NCBI GenBank assembly: GCA_963834185.1
Contig: CAWIAR010000005.1
Span: forward strand, 315,863-379,862
Direction of reading: 5' to 3'
From: an uncultured Actinomycetota bacterium
GTDB taxonomy: Bacteria > Actinomycetota > Actinomycetes > Mycobacteriales > Nakamurellaceae
Length of the DNA stretch: 64,000 nucleotides
Below are positions 1-11,117 of this stretch, in pieces (the first letter of the stretch is position 1; each line of letters begins with the position of its first letter). A program made the position numbers and the translations under genes. The notes beneath the pieces were generated by a model that was given only the letters and a program-made list of their open reading frames with translations, was not told the origin of the DNA and did not search any database.

Positions 1-515
1 GTCCGCACCTTGCTGAGCTGGGTCGCTCCGAATGATGCGCAGGACAGCCTGCGCCACGCCTACCTCGGGTTGCTCGCCGCACGTCCCGATGCCACCGCCC
101 GCGAGTGCCCGCCCGGTCACCTGACCGCCAGCGCCTTCGTCTATTCCGCCGAGGGCACCCACACGCTGCTCACCCTGCACCCCAGGGTCGGCCGGTGGGT
201 CCAGCTGGGTGGCCACTGCGAGCCGGGTGACCACACGCTGGCTGCGGCCGCGTTGCGGGAGGCGACCGAGGAGTCGGGCATGCCCGGTCTGCACCTGGCG
301 CCGGATCCGGTGCACCTGGACGTGCACCCGATCACCTGCTCGTTGGGCATCCCCACCCGGCACTTCGACGTGCGGTTCCGCGCGGTGGCACCCGCGGGGG
401 CCGAGCCGGTCAGGTCGGCGGAGTCCGACGATCTGGCGTGGTGGCCACTGACGTCGCTTCCGCCGGGCCTGGAACCCGGGCTGGCATCGGCGCTGCGGGC
501 AGCGGCCTCGATCAG
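1..515 (+). CDS. NUDIX hydrolase (5' partial; 3' end uncertain)
   Basis: ORF 10..1035 N-terminal half has GHLTASA, WVQLGGHCEPGD..LAAAALREATEESG (Nudix box), HFDVRF and ESDDLAW. Sequence after about aa 168 is antisense read-through of the next gene. Confidence 0.85.
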
Positions 516-1238
516 CCGGCCGGTTTGCGGGCGAGCACCAGTAACCGTTGGAGGCGACGCGGGCCAGCGGATCGGCCGGGAATCCGTCCAGCCCACGCCA
601 CCGCACGATGGCCCACTGCGGACCCAGCACGAACCAACGGAACGGCGCCGATCAGCGACAGCGGCCGCCGCACGCCGACCGCCCGCCCCGCACGCTGTCC
701 ACGCCGGACCGCAGGAAGCGAAACAGCCACGATGCGATCAGGGTGACCGGGCCACCCTGGGAGCTCAGATCGATCAATTCCAGGCCGTGCCGACGCATCA
801 TCTCCGTCAGGCCGAGGTACGGTCCACCGGTGGAAGTCGTACGGCGCCTCGTGGGTTGGGTAGAGGAAGGGCACGGTCAACACCAGGCGCCCGCCGGGCC
901 GGTAGCACCCGACGAACCTCGGCGATGGCCTCGTCGGCCCGCTCGACGTGCTCCAACGCCTGGGTGCAGATGACTGTGTCGATGCAGTCGTCGCGTAGCG
1001 GCGAGCTTGTCGGCCAGCGGCCAGCACGTATGTGAGCGGATCCCGGTGCCGGATCGACGGCGATGACGAAGTCGGCGAGCGGTCCGTACCAGGGCTCGAA
1101 GGGCCTGTTGCCGCAGCCGAGGTCGAGCACCCGGCCATGGACGACAGCGCTCTGTTCGGCCAACCACAGGCCGGTCCACGAACCGGCGAGCAGGCTACGA
1201 GCGTTCCGCGGATCGGGCAGCGGAACGCCATCGATCAT
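512..1238 (-). CDS. Class I SAM-dependent methyltransferase (apparent frameshifts)
   Basis: VLDLGCGNRPF and IDTVICTQALEHV in ORF 807..1592; RPGGRLVLTVPFLYPTHEAPYDFHRWT in ORF 512..1231. ATG at 1238. Confidence 0.8.
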
Positions 1239-1692
1239 CCGCACGGACCCGGCCCGCCACCGCACCGGATGTCGGGGCAGCAGTTCACGGGCGATCAGGC
1301 CGGCGAACACCACCAGCGAGGCGTTGAACGCGGCGACCAGCAGTCGCAGCAGGAACAAACCGGTGTCCGGCGAACCGATCGCGTCGGCGAACCAGACCAC
1401 GGGCGCGGCCACCGCGTAGAAGCCGGGCGGGTGGTTGGCAACCCAGATGGTGTCGTGCGCCTGGTTGCCGACCCTGCGGTTCTGCAGATACTCCCCGAAG
1501 GGTGTCCGCTTCGCGCACCAAAGGGGTATCGATGGTCGGCAGCTCGCCACCCGCCAACGCGGCGGCATAGGACAGGTGCGGGCCCTCGTCACCCTCGAGT
1601 GCCGGCGCCGAATTCGTGGCGAACTGCATCGAGAAGAAGAAGCTCACGAGGGCGGCCAACAACAGGAAGAGTCGTTGGCGTTGACTCACCAC
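1235..1692 (-). pseudogene. Truncated DUF2142/GT-C-like membrane glycosyltransferase (first about 150 aa only)
   Basis: N-terminal TM helix, then GDEGPHLSYA (DExxH motif), NHPPGFY and LRLLVAAF. It then runs straight into the methyltransferase. Confidence 0.6.
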
Positions 1693-1738
1693 GCGGTAAC
1701 GGTAACCGGCTGTGCGAGGTCTGGGGGAAACGCGGCCG

Positions 1739-2494
1739 TCAGGCCGTATCCGGGCTGGGCGTGCCGGCCCTGCGCAGCAGCGACGTGCGATCCGGATACG
1801 GCAGCGTCGGGGTCAGGCCGGTGTAGACCGACTCGACCAGGCCGGAGGCGGCGATGGCCCGCTTGTACCGCTTGCGGTGGGTGTTGTCGTAGACGATCAG
1901 GCCGCCGTCGGCGAGGTGCGGGATCGCCGCCGTCAGGCAGGCCTCGCGGGCCCGGCCGTCGATGACGATCAGGTCGAACTCGCCCCCGACCTCGTCGATC
2001 GTCCGACGTAGTCGGCGAAGTCCATGTCCTGTGTGGCTGGGCTTGTGCGAGGGCACCTTCGGCGAGGTCGACGTGCACGGCCGGCCGCACCAGGAAGTCG
2101 ATGTTGTCGTGCTCGTCGAACAGCGGCCGCATGGTGTCGGCGAAACCCTCGTGGTGCTCCACCGAATGGACCTCACCGACCCGGCGGGCGAGCCACAGCG
2201 TGCTGGCGCCCGAGCCGTACTCGAACACGCGCACCGGCCGGTCGACGCCTCGGCCCTGGCCTTGAGCCAGCCTTCCACCACGTCGATGGCGTCGTAGGTC
2301 CACCACGGCACGTCCAGCGAGGACAGCGCCGCCGAGTCATACACCACGACCAGGCTGTGTCCCCAGTGCCGCAGCCGGTGGGTCCGCGACGGCGCCTCGG
2401 GCGACATCAGATGCATCGCGACGAGGCCCTTGCCGACCCCATGAGCGGCCGCCGCGTACGCGCTCTTGGCGCGGTACGGCAGATTCTGGAGCAT
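1739..2494 (-). CDS. Class I SAM-dependent methyltransferase, Methyltransf_24-like (apparent frameshifts)
   Basis: PWWTYDAI, VFEYGSGASTLWLA, FDLIVIDGRAREAC and GGLIVYDNTHR spread over ORFs 1739..2515 and 1686..2306. Confidence 0.8.
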   Translation of the reverse strand: MLQNLPYRAKSAYAAAAHGVGKGLVAMHLMSPEAPSRTHRLRHWGHSLVVVYDSAALSSLDVPWWTYDAIDVVEGWLKARAEASTGRCACSSTARAPARCGSPAGSVRSIRWSTTRVSPTPCGRCSTSTTTSTSWCGRPCTSTSPKVPSHKPSHTGHGLRRLRRTIDEVGGEFDLIVIDGRAREACLTAAIPHLADGGLIVYDNTHRKRYKRAIAASGLVESVYTGLTPTLPYPDRTSLLRRAGTPSPDTA

Positions 2495-2702
2495 GGGACC
2501 CTCTCGGCGGCGCACGGTCTAGTCGCTGCAGTATCTCAGGTGAAATCGGTGCGATCGACGCCGACACCGGCAGCTCCAGACGTCCCGGCGCCTGCGTCAG
2601 CGACGACCTGCGCCCGCGCGTCGCCCGGAATTTTCCGGTTCGGCCCGTAGGCTCCCGTTCACGCCGACAGTCGCGCCGAGCTGGACACGAGCGGGGTGGA
2701 CG

Positions 2703-2933
2703 ATGGGGTACCACGAGCGCTTCGACTGGATTTTCCGCGCCGCGCATCAGCGCAGCCCGCTGGCCGTGATGCCCGGGTTCGTCGGTTCACCGATGGACGA
2801 CCGGACCACGGTGACCGTCCGCCGGGCCCTGATCGAAGCCTGCCAGGCGGCGGCGGAGAAGCTGCTGGATCCGGAGTTGGAGAGCGTCGCCAGGGGTGGC
2901 AACCGGCCGATCGCCCGCCCGGCTGCCGGCTGA
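2703..2933 (+). CDS. Small hypothetical protein (76 aa)
   Basis: High GC3 codon pattern, SD-like GGGGTGG before the ATG, TAGGCT -10-like box at about 2648; fills the gap between minus-strand genes. Confidence 0.6.
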   Translation: MGYHERFDWIFRAAHQRSPLAVMPGFVGSPMDDRTTVTVRRALIEACQAAAEKLLDPELESVARGGNRPIARPAAG

Positions 2934-2939
2934 TCCACC

Positions 2940-4088
2940 TCAGCTCGCCGGTGCCGCCGCCCGGGCGGCGGCCACGTATGCCTCGTGATGCCGGGCGGCG
3001 CTGGCCGCCCAGGTGAACTGCCCGGCCCGCTCCAGCGCGGCGGCGCCGAGCTCGCGCCGGCGCACGGGGTCGTCCATCAACACCGCCAACTGCTCGGCGA
3101 TCTCGCCGGCGCCGACCCCGGTGTAGGCGACCGCATCCCCGCCGACCTCTGGTAGCGACAGCCGCTTCGTGGTCAGCACGCACGCGCCCGAGGCCATGCC
3201 CTCGAGCACCGGCAGACCGAAGCCCTCGCCCAGGCTCGGGTAGGCCATGATCTCCGCGCCGCCGAGGAACCCGGCCAGCAGCTCGACCGGCAGGTGGCCG
3301 GCCCGGATCACCCGCAGCCGGGGCGCAACCGCCGCCAGCGCCGGCTCGATCGCGGTGTCCCAGCCCGGCGACCCGGCCAGCACCAATGCCGGCACGTCGG
3401 TGCGGTCGGCCGCGAACCTGCCGAACCCCCGGATCAGTGCCGGGACGTTCTTGCGTGGCTCGAGTGTGCCGAGAAACGCGATCCATGGGTCGTCGCCGAG
3501 GCCGAGATGGTCGCGGACGGCGGCGATCTCGGCGTCCGTCGGCCGATGGAACCGGCCCGGATCGACGCCGTGGTGGGCGACGGTGAGCAGCGACCGGCGG
3601 GCATGGGCATACCGGACCAACTCGTCGGCGGTCGCCGCCGAAGGCACGATGCACGCCGCCGCCCGGCGCAGCGAGGTGCGCGACCAGGCACGGAAGAACC
3701 GGCCCTTCACCCCGAGGTGCAGTCCGCGGTCGGAGAAGAAGGTGGCGTCGTGCAGGGTCACGGCCACCGGCACCGGGGAGGCCAGCGGCATCGTGTAGTG
3801 CGGTGAGTGGATGACGTCGACCTCGAGCCGCTTGGCCAGCCGGGGCAGGGTGGTCTGCTCCCAGGCCAGCCGGGCCGGGCGGCTGCCCAGTTCCTCGGCC
3901 ACCGGAACCACCCGACTGCCCGGCGCCAGCCCCGCGAACACCTCGGCGTCGCGGGTCTGACACACCACGGAAAGGGCCGCACCGGCCGCATCGAGGGCGG
4001 CGACGATGTTGTCGACGTATCGGCCGACGCCGCCCCGTTCGGACGGGATCGCAGTCGCGTCGATGAGGACCCGCGGGTCGGTGATCAC
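2940..4088 (-). CDS. GT4 glycosyltransferase
   Basis: GGVGRYV, LHDATFF, GTLEPRKN and YPSLGEGFGLPVLEGMASG (EX7E motif). Confidence 0.92.
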   Translation of the reverse strand: MITDPRVLIDATAIPSERGGVGRYVDNIVAALDAAGAALSVVCQTRDAEVFAGLAPGSRVVPVAEELGSRPARLAWEQTTLPRLAKRLEVDVIHSPHYTMPLASPVPVAVTLHDATFFSDRGLHLGVKGRFFRAWSRTSLRRAAACIVPSAATADELVRYAHARRSLLTVAHHGVDPGRFHRPTDAEIAAVRDHLGLGDDPWIAFLGTLEPRKNVPALIRGFGRFAADRTDVPALVLAGSPGWDTAIEPALAAVAPRLRVIRAGHLPVELLAGFLGGAEIMAYPSLGEGFGLPVLEGMASGACVLTTKRLSLPEVGGDAVAYTGVGAGEIAEQLAVLMDDPVRRRELGAAALERAGQFTWAASAARHHEAYVAAARAAAPAS

Positions 4089-5263
4089 GCCGTGTTCCCG
4101 ACACCGTCCGCAGCGCCGGCTGCCGAGTCCCCGTCGGCTGGGTCGTTCCGTGCGGTCGCGTCCATCCGGGCGGCGACGTCGCTCCCGACCGCGGTCCGGG
4201 TTCGGGCGTCCCCGGCCCGACGCGCCGCGAGCAGCCCGGCAACCCCGCCGACCCCGTCGGTGAGCATCAGCATCAGCCGGGCGATGGCCGCGACGGCGAC
4301 CGCCGGACCTGCGTCCAGGCCGCAGAGCGCGACGAAGATCAGCTCACGGATCCCGGCTCCGGCCGGTACCGGCACGGCCAGAAACCCGACGATCCACGCG
4401 ACGATCGCGGCGAACGCGACCCTCGCCGGTTGCTGGTCATAGCCAAGCGCCTCGGTGATGGCGCACGACGCGGCACCCACCAGCAGCCAGGTGGGGGTGC
4501 CGGTGACGAGCAGGCTGAGCATCCGGCCGAACGAAGGCGGGGTCAGGTCGACCCGACCCTTGGTCAGCTTCGCCAGCGCGCCGAAGAACGGGCGCGAGAC
4601 CACCGGGTGGGCGAACACCACCCCCAGCGGGATCAGCAGCAACAACAGCCAGGCGAGGCCGATGCCACCCCCGTTCAGTGCCAGGAACGGCGCGAGCAGC
4701 CCGCAGGCGATGGCCGCGCCGACGCACATCAGGGCCAACGACAGCAGGGTCGTCGCGTACGCGGTGGACCGGGCGACACCGCCGCGCCGGGCGAGCTCAC
4801 CCCGACCGACCACCGGCCAGATCCCGCCGGGCAGGTACTTGCCCAGCTCTCCGGCGAAGTACCAGGCGGTGACCTTGCCCAGCGGCCAGCGCCGGTCGAA
4901 GGCCAGCAGGACCTGGTGCCACAACACGGCCAGCCCCGTCATGGACAGCACGCTGGCCACCATGGCCACGACCAGCCAGCCAGGATCGGCGTGCGAGATC
5001 GCCTCGGACACCGTGGGCCATGCGTCGACGAGTGCGATGACGCACAAGGTCACCGCGGCCAACGCGAGGCCGATGCCGACGACCCGCATGACCAACGCCA
5101 GCGTCTTGCGCTTCCCGGACAAAGGCGCTCCGGAGTCCTGCGGCGCGAGCTCGTCGAGGAGTAGTTCTTCCGGGTCAGGGTCGTGCAGCTGGCGATCCGC
5201 GGGAGCCGCGGACGCAGCACTCATCGCGTCCGGCGGGTTCGAGGCGTCGTGCTTCGCCGTCAT
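4085..5263 (-). CDS. Lysylphosphatidylglycerol-synthase TM (UPF0104/AglD2-like) flippase-like membrane protein
   Basis: GELGKYLPGGIW and PAGAGIRE motifs, about 8 TM segments; ATGA overlap with the upstream methyltransferase. Confidence 0.85.
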   Translation of the reverse strand: MTAKHDASNPPDAMSAASAAPADRQLHDPDPEELLLDELAPQDSGAPLSGKRKTLALVMRVVGIGLALAAVTLCVIALVDAWPTVSEAISHADPGWLVVAMVASVLSMTGLAVLWHQVLLAFDRRWPLGKVTAWYFAGELGKYLPGGIWPVVGRGELARRGGVARSTAYATTLLSLALMCVGAAIACGLLAPFLALNGGGIGLAWLLLLLIPLGVVFAHPVVSRPFFGALAKLTKGRVDLTPPSFGRMLSLLVTGTPTWLLVGAASCAITEALGYDQQPARVAFAAIVAWIVGFLAVPVPAGAGIRELIFVALCGLDAGPAVAVAAIARLMLMLTDGVGGVAGLLAARRAGDARTRTAVGSDVAARMDATARNDPADGDSAAGAADGVGNTA

Positions 5264-5916
5264 TGCGGCACCTCGGTGCCCGGTACCCGGGCAATGAGGT
5301 TGAATTCGTTGTAGACGAACAGCTTGCCGGCCGAGCGCGGGAACGGGAACGAATACCGGCGCACCGGTACCAGTCCGAGCTCCCTGCTCAGCTCGTCCAG
5401 CGCGTCGTGGTCGGTGAACTCGACGTGCGTGGGATCGGACGCGAAGCCGCGTTCCTGCGGGGTGATGAACACCACCCGACCGCCCGGCCGCACCGACGGC
5501 AGGTATGGGCGCAGCACCCCACGCGCCTCGGCGGAGGTGAGGTGTTCGACCAGGTGCGCGGCCAGGATCGAGTCGAACGCCCCTGGCGCGCAGAGGTCGG
5601 GGTCGGCGAAGAACTCCGTGACCGTGTAGGCCTCGCCGCCGCGGTCGCGCGCGGCTGCCACCAGGTGGGCGTTGTGGTCCACTCCGACCGAGCCTTCGGG
5701 CAGGTAGGACAGGTTGCGTCCGTTGCCGCAGCCGACGTCCAGGGTGCGTCCCAGCCGCATCCGGCGGATGTTCGCCCGGTACGGCGCCTGAACCCCGAGC
5801 CACTTCTTCCAGCGCTTGTTCTGCAACCGGTTCAGCCGCTCGGCGTAGTCCGCGTCGGCGGTAGCTGCGCCTGGTGTCGGCCCAGAGGCGTCGGACGGTC
5901 GATCGGGCGCGGACAT
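5260..5916 (-). CDS. Class I SAM-dependent methyltransferase
   Basis: TLDVGCGNGRNL, FDSILAAHLVEHL, RPGGRVVFITP, DPTHV. Confidence 0.88.
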   Translation of the reverse strand: MSAPDRPSDASGPTPGAATADADYAERLNRLQNKRWKKWLGVQAPYRANIRRMRLGRTLDVGCGNGRNLSYLPEGSVGVDHNAHLVAAARDRGGEAYTVTEFFADPDLCAPGAFDSILAAHLVEHLTSAEARGVLRPYLPSVRPGGRVVFITPQERGFASDPTHVEFTDHDALDELSRELGLVPVRRYSFPFPRSAGKLFVYNEFNLIARVPGTEVPQ

Positions 5917-5984
5917 GGCCTCGATCCTGCCAGGTCGGGCCGACCGGACCGACGCACCGCGAGCGTCGGTTTCCGGGCTACCGG

Positions 5985-8041
5985 TCAGTTCGCCGGGGCG
6001 GGGCTGACACCGGTGATCGACTGGGCCACCGCCTGCCGGGTCGCCCGACTCATCGTCGTGCGTACCTCGAGACCGACCCGGGCCAGCGAGTAGTAGGCCC
6101 ACCGCCCGTCGGGGCTGATCGAGGTCGGCGGACCGGTGTAGGGCATCAGGTCGTACTCCCACGACCTGCCGTGGTCAGTGGTGGCCGCCCGGTCCACGAC
6201 GATGCCGACGAACCCGATCACGGCCAGGTCCCTGGTCATCTTCTCGGCGGGTTGGCGGACCACGTCCTTGGCCCAGTCGACCTGTGGCCGACCCTTGATG
6301 CCGCCGGCGGACCAGCGCAGCGTGGTGGTGTTCAGGAACGGCCGAAGCTGGTCGCTCTCCCGGGTGCCGTTGATGATCTCGGACTCGGGGTAGTCGCGGA
6401 ACGGCAGTTGAAACACCATCGCGCCGTCCGGCAGTCGCGCCTCGAGATCACCGAAGAACGTCTGGTCGGACGCGAAGGTGGCGGCGACCTCGGCGTATTC
6501 GGGAACCGCGCCGTCCAGCGACTGGTCGGCAACCCCGATGACCAGCACCAGTACCGCGGGCACCGCCGAGCGCGCGACCCGGCGCAACACCGGTCGGCGC
6601 AACCCGGCCCGGCGCACCCAGCGCGCCTGCAGCGACTGCATGACCAGGCCGAACCCGGCAAGGGCGAGCAGCCCGATGACGATGGACATCCGGTTCCAGC
6701 CGCGAACCGCGACCACCGCCATGGAGACGAAGAGTCCGAGTCCACCGCTGGTGGAGAGCAGGAACGCGGTCCAGGTCAGGGCGGAGAGTTGGTCGAACGT
6801 CAGGGCGGTTCGGCGCAGTGCCGGGCCGCGTCGACGAGCTCGGGCGATCGCGGCGAGGCCGAGGATCAGCAGCAGCAGGAAGCCGACGGCGGCGACGAAG
6901 CCGAGTGCAGGTTGCTCGGCGACTCGGCGGGTAGCGGTCGTCGTACCAGCTCGCGCAGGTCGGCCAGCAGCGACCACGGATGTCCGGCCGGCGGCATGAC
7001 CAGCTGGCCGAACCGCAAGCGCGTAGTACTGGGCGTCGCTCGGGACCCGGACGAACGCGTCGCTGTTCGAGCCGTTCGCCATGCTGTAGAGCAGGTCGGG
7101 CAGCAACGCGAGCAGGTACCAGCCGAGCAGGGTCAGCCCCGCGATCACCGCACCGCCGAACCGGCGCTTGTCCCGGGTGCGGGCCAGGGCGAGCAACCCG
7201 GCGGCGACCAGCAGCAGCCCGACGAACACCGCGTAGTACACGCCCGAGTAGACCAGCAGACCCAGCACCAGGACGGTGGCCGCGCCACGTCCGGTGAGGA
7301 CGCCGAGCACCGGATTGACGCCGGCCCGGCGGCGCCAGATCGGTTCGCCGCGGGCGATCCACAGCACGACCACCAGCCCGGCCGGCACCAGGTAGTACCC
7401 GGACAGGAACAGGTGCATCTCGTTGCGGAGGAAGTGGTACGGCGCGGTGGCGAACAGCACCGCCAGGACCACGCTCCATCCGGGCCGGAGGCCGCATTGC
7501 CGGAAGAACCAGACCGCGCTGATCGCGCACAGCAGGAACGTCAGCAGGTAATAGCCGTTGAACGCGACGACCCAGTCGCTGGTGAAGGCGCCGAGGAACT
7601 TGGCCATCGCCATGTGCAGGTCGTCGGAGAACGGATAGTCGTGGTAGTGCTGCCCGTACGGCACGCCGAGCCTGGGTTGATATTCGTACCAACCGGTTTC
7701 CAGGATCGTCTGGAAGTGTGCGGCATGGCCGAGCGCATCCGAGTCATACCGGAACGGGATGCGAAGGTTGGCCCGCCAGAGGCGCATCATCCAGGTCATC
7801 GCAGCGGCGGTGAGCGCGAGGGCCAGCAGGTACCACCGCAGATCGCTGCGGTGCCACCACGCCGCGAGCCGGCGGGGACGGGTCGGCGAGTCCGGCATCG
7901 GGTCGCCCACGGATCCGGCAGGGACGTCGGTGCGGTCGTCGTCGACGTCCGCGAGCGGTGTCGGCGGCGCAGGGCAGCGTCCGGCGCGGTGTCCGGCGCG
8001 GCCGTGTCGACCCCGGTCACCGCGGTGTTCTCAGCCGGCAC
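5985..8041 (-). CDS. Polytopic GT-C-like membrane protein with C-terminal extracellular domain (apparent frameshifts)
   Basis: Many TM helices, first-loop YDSDALGH, GWYEYQPRLGVPYG, APYHFLR, RGWNRMSI. The N-terminus probably lies in ORF 7796..8041. Confidence 0.7.
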
Positions 8042-9017
8042 CCTTGACCGTCCGGAACAGGTCCTCGGCGGTGGCGGCCAGCCCGGCGGGCAGTGAGGTC
8101 AGGGCTCGCCGGTCCAACTCGGTCCAGACCACGGATCGGACCCGCAGGTCGGCGGCCTGGTACCGGGCGGCGTCAGAACTGCCCAGCAGGACGAGCGGGC
8201 TGCGCTTGAAAACCCGGCGGAACTCGCCGAGCAGGGCCCCGATGGTGACCCCCTGGTGCGCGCCCAGGATCTTGATCAGCGCCCGGCCGGGTTCGGCGAC
8301 CGCGGCCACTCCGTCCAACGCGTCGCAGACCATCTCCGCGCAGTCGTCGACGAACAGGTAGTCGCGGATGGTGTCCAGCGAGACGTAGACCGACACCGAA
8401 TTGCGGGTCAGATGCGCCCGGGAAAGGTGCGAGATCAGCCCCTGCGGCTTGTTCAGATCTTGCCCGGGACCGTAGAGATTGGTGATCCGGCCGATGACGG
8501 TGGGCACCCCGGAGGCCGCGGCGAACCGTTCGGCCGCTTGTTCTCCGGCCAGTTTCGCCCTGCCGTAGGCCGACGTCGGCGCGGCCGGGTGGTGCTCGGT
8601 GAACGGCGGGTTCTCGCCGCCGGCGTGCAGGCCGCCGACCGACGACGCCACGAACACCGCGCCGCGCTCGGCCAGCTCAGGATGGCCGGCGACCCGACCA
8701 CGAACGGCCCCCAGCACCGCCTCGAGCGCAGCCACCTCGGCGGCCAGCTCGTCGTCTGAGGTTCCGGCCACCCCGGCGCCCGCGCACCAGGCCACCCGCC
8801 ATGCGCCGCCCGACTCCACGGCCGGGTCGAACAGCCGGGTCACCGCCCGGCGCAGATCGGCGCGGGCGGTGGCCGGGTCGTCCCAGTGCACCGCAGGGGT
8901 CACCAGCCGGTCGCCTCTGGCGTGCGCCGAGCGGCTGACAGCGCCGCCGAGCAGTCCGCCGGCACCGACGATGAGGGTGGTGGTGTCCCCCGACGTAGGC
9001 CGGTACGCCGCCGTCAT
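8031..9017 (-). CDS. NAD-dependent epimerase/dehydratase
   Basis: GAGGLLG, ASSVGG, YGRAK, NLYGPGQ, RDYLFVDD. Confidence 0.9.
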   Translation of the reverse strand: MTAAYRPTSGDTTTLIVGAGGLLGGAVSRSAHARGDRLVTPAVHWDDPATARADLRRAVTRLFDPAVESGGAWRVAWCAGAGVAGTSDDELAAEVAALEAVLGAVRGRVAGHPELAERGAVFVASSVGGLHAGGENPPFTEHHPAAPTSAYGRAKLAGEQAAERFAAASGVPTVIGRITNLYGPGQDLNKPQGLISHLSRAHLTRNSVSVYVSLDTIRDYLFVDDCAEMVCDALDGVAAVAEPGRALIKILGAHQGVTIGALLGEFRRVFKRSPLVLLGSSDAARYQAADLRVRSVVWTELDRRALTSLPAGLAATAEDLFRTVKGAG

Positions 9018-10113
9018 CGCCGGACCGGCACGACGGGAGCCCGCTCGGCCGTCGGGCTGTCAACCAGCGATGGATTCCACGGTCGGGGACGGCGGTGGTC
9101 GGCGTCGTGCGGTTGCAACGTCCGACCGAGCGGTCCGTCGGCGGGGTCCTTGACGATCAGGTAGAGCGGGCGGCCCATGGCCATGTTCACGTTGACGCCG
9201 ATGTACTCGGCGATCACCCCGAGGGAGAACAGAATGGCACCGCTGCCGAGCAGGATCGCAACCATCAGGGACGGCCAGCCCGGCGGCAGATCGGCGTCGA
9301 AGAACAGCCGCGCGACCAGCAGGTAAACCGCGAGCCCGAACCCGCCGACGGCGAAGATCACCCCGAGCAGGCTGACCAGCCGGAGACCCTTGGTGCCGCT
9401 GGACAGCACCATCCGCCAGAAGTGCGACGACAGGGTGCGCAGCGAGTAGCCGGACGGCCGGCCACCCTCGGCCCGCAGCTGCACCGGGCAGGTCGCGATG
9501 CGCCTGGCCACCCAACTCATCGCCACGTCGAGGTAGGCGCCGGCCCCGGCGTAGGCGGCGACGCTGCGGCCGACCTCGCCGAGCACCAGCCGGTAGCTGT
9601 GGAAGTCGCGCGCCGACCGGGTGCCCGCCGAAGCGACGATGACCCGCTTGGCGGCTCGGGACGCGGTGTTGCGCATGGCCCCGTGCGGCGGCTTGTTCGT
9701 GGGCTTGGCGTAGACCAGGTCGGCCTGTTCGGTCATCGCCACGTCGAGCATCGGCCCGATCGCGGCCGGGTCGTGCTGGCCGTCCTCGTCCATCGTGACG
9801 ATCCAGTCGCCGCCGCTGGAGGCCATGCCGGCCAGGGTGGCCGGATGCTGGCCGTAGTTGCGGGAGAGCCAGACCGGTCGGACGAAGTCGTACTTCTCGG
9901 CCAGCTCGCGGATGACCTTGGCCGAGTCGTCCGGACCGTTGTCGTGGACCAGCAGTACCTCGGCGACCCGGGCCGCGGTAACCGAGTCGGGGTGCTGAAG
10001 CCGTCGGCCATCGGCGCGAGTTCGCGCAACAGCGGTGGCAGCGTCCGCGCGCCCTGGTAGACGGGGATGACCACGGATACCGCGTGCGGCATCGCCCGGT
10101 CGCGTTCCGTCAT
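9014..10113 (-). CDS. GT2 polyprenol-phosphate glycosyltransferase (GtrB/ArnC-like; apparent frameshift)
   Basis: VSVVIPVYQG, VTMDEDGQHDP, two C-terminal TM helices and LGVIAEYIG..RPLY. Confidence 0.85.
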
Positions 10114-10119
10114 TCGGCG

Positions 10120-10125
10120 ATTCTA
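10120..10125 (-). promoter_or_regulatory. -10 box TAGAAT 6 nt upstream of ATG (leaderless-type start)
   Basis: TAGAAT-cgccga-ATG(10113), no SD. Confidence 0.6.
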
Positions 10126-10212
10126 TCCAGCGGCGTGTGACGATCCGGTTGCTTTCGGTTCACAGGAAGGCGTGAGCAAGGTCGCTCCCGGCGGCCGGGA
10201 GCGGCGGCGGAG

Positions 10213-11117
10213 TCAACGGAGGCGGCTCGACCAACGGAGTTGGTCGGCCCGTCGCAGTCGCATGCCCAGATAGACGGCACGGCGGGCGTATGCCATGGCA
10301 GAGGCCCTGACGTCGCCGGAGACCTTGTCGCGCCTGGTCAACAGCCGGGGGTTCTCCCTGGCCACCGTGCGGTGGAATTCCCGCGCGTGCGCGCCCTGCT
10401 GGCGGGCCAGCCCTACGCTCCACTGCTGCTCGGAGATCCGGAACGCGGCCAGCGGCCGGCGCAGCGCGACCATCGGGCCACGTCGCAGCACCCGGGCGAA
10501 GGTGGCCTGGTCGATGAGATAGGGCGACCTGGCATCCCAACCGCCGGCGGCGATCAGCGCCGACCGCCGGACCAGGATGCACACCGGCTCGCCGAACACG
10601 TTGGTGCCGGCGGCCACCGTGCGCCGCACCGCTCGGTCGCCGGGGACGAGACCGGCCAGACCCTGCAGCCCGCGCGCCCGCAGCACCGGCTTGCCCTCGG
10701 CAGTCCACGATGTCCCGCTGTGAACTGACCAGCACTGCCTCCGGGAAGGCGTCGAACGCCGCGACCTGTTCCGCCAGCGCCGTCGGGTACAGCAGGTCGT
10801 CGCCGCAGACCAGCTTGAGCAGTTCACCCCGGGCCTGGGCGGTCACCGCGGTCCAGTTCGCCGGTGCACCGCCGCCGCGCGGCCACCTGGGTGAGCCGGA
10901 CCCGCGGATCGTCGGCGAACTGTTGCAGTAGCTCCCAGGTGCCGTCGGTGGACGAGTGGTCGGAGATGACCAATTCGAAGTCGGGGAATGTCTGGTCCAG
11001 CACCGATCGCACGGTCTGTTCGATGAACCGTGCGTTGTCGAAGGAGGGGATGACCACCGAGACCCGCGGGGTCCCTGAGGCACCCGACTTCGCCGGCAAG
11101 TCCGGCGCGGGGGTCAC
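10213..11117 (-). CDS. GT2 glycosyltransferase (apparent frameshifts)
   Basis: PRVSVVIPSFD..SVLDQTF..ISDHSSTDGT, LVCGDDLLYP, NVFGEP; GTGA overlap with the rmlA stop. Confidence 0.82.

Noticed and set aside
10-1035. 341-aa NUDIX protein with a long C-terminal domain
   Set aside because: The extension overlaps the minus-strand methyltransferase and is low-complexity; it probably reflects a lost stop codon.
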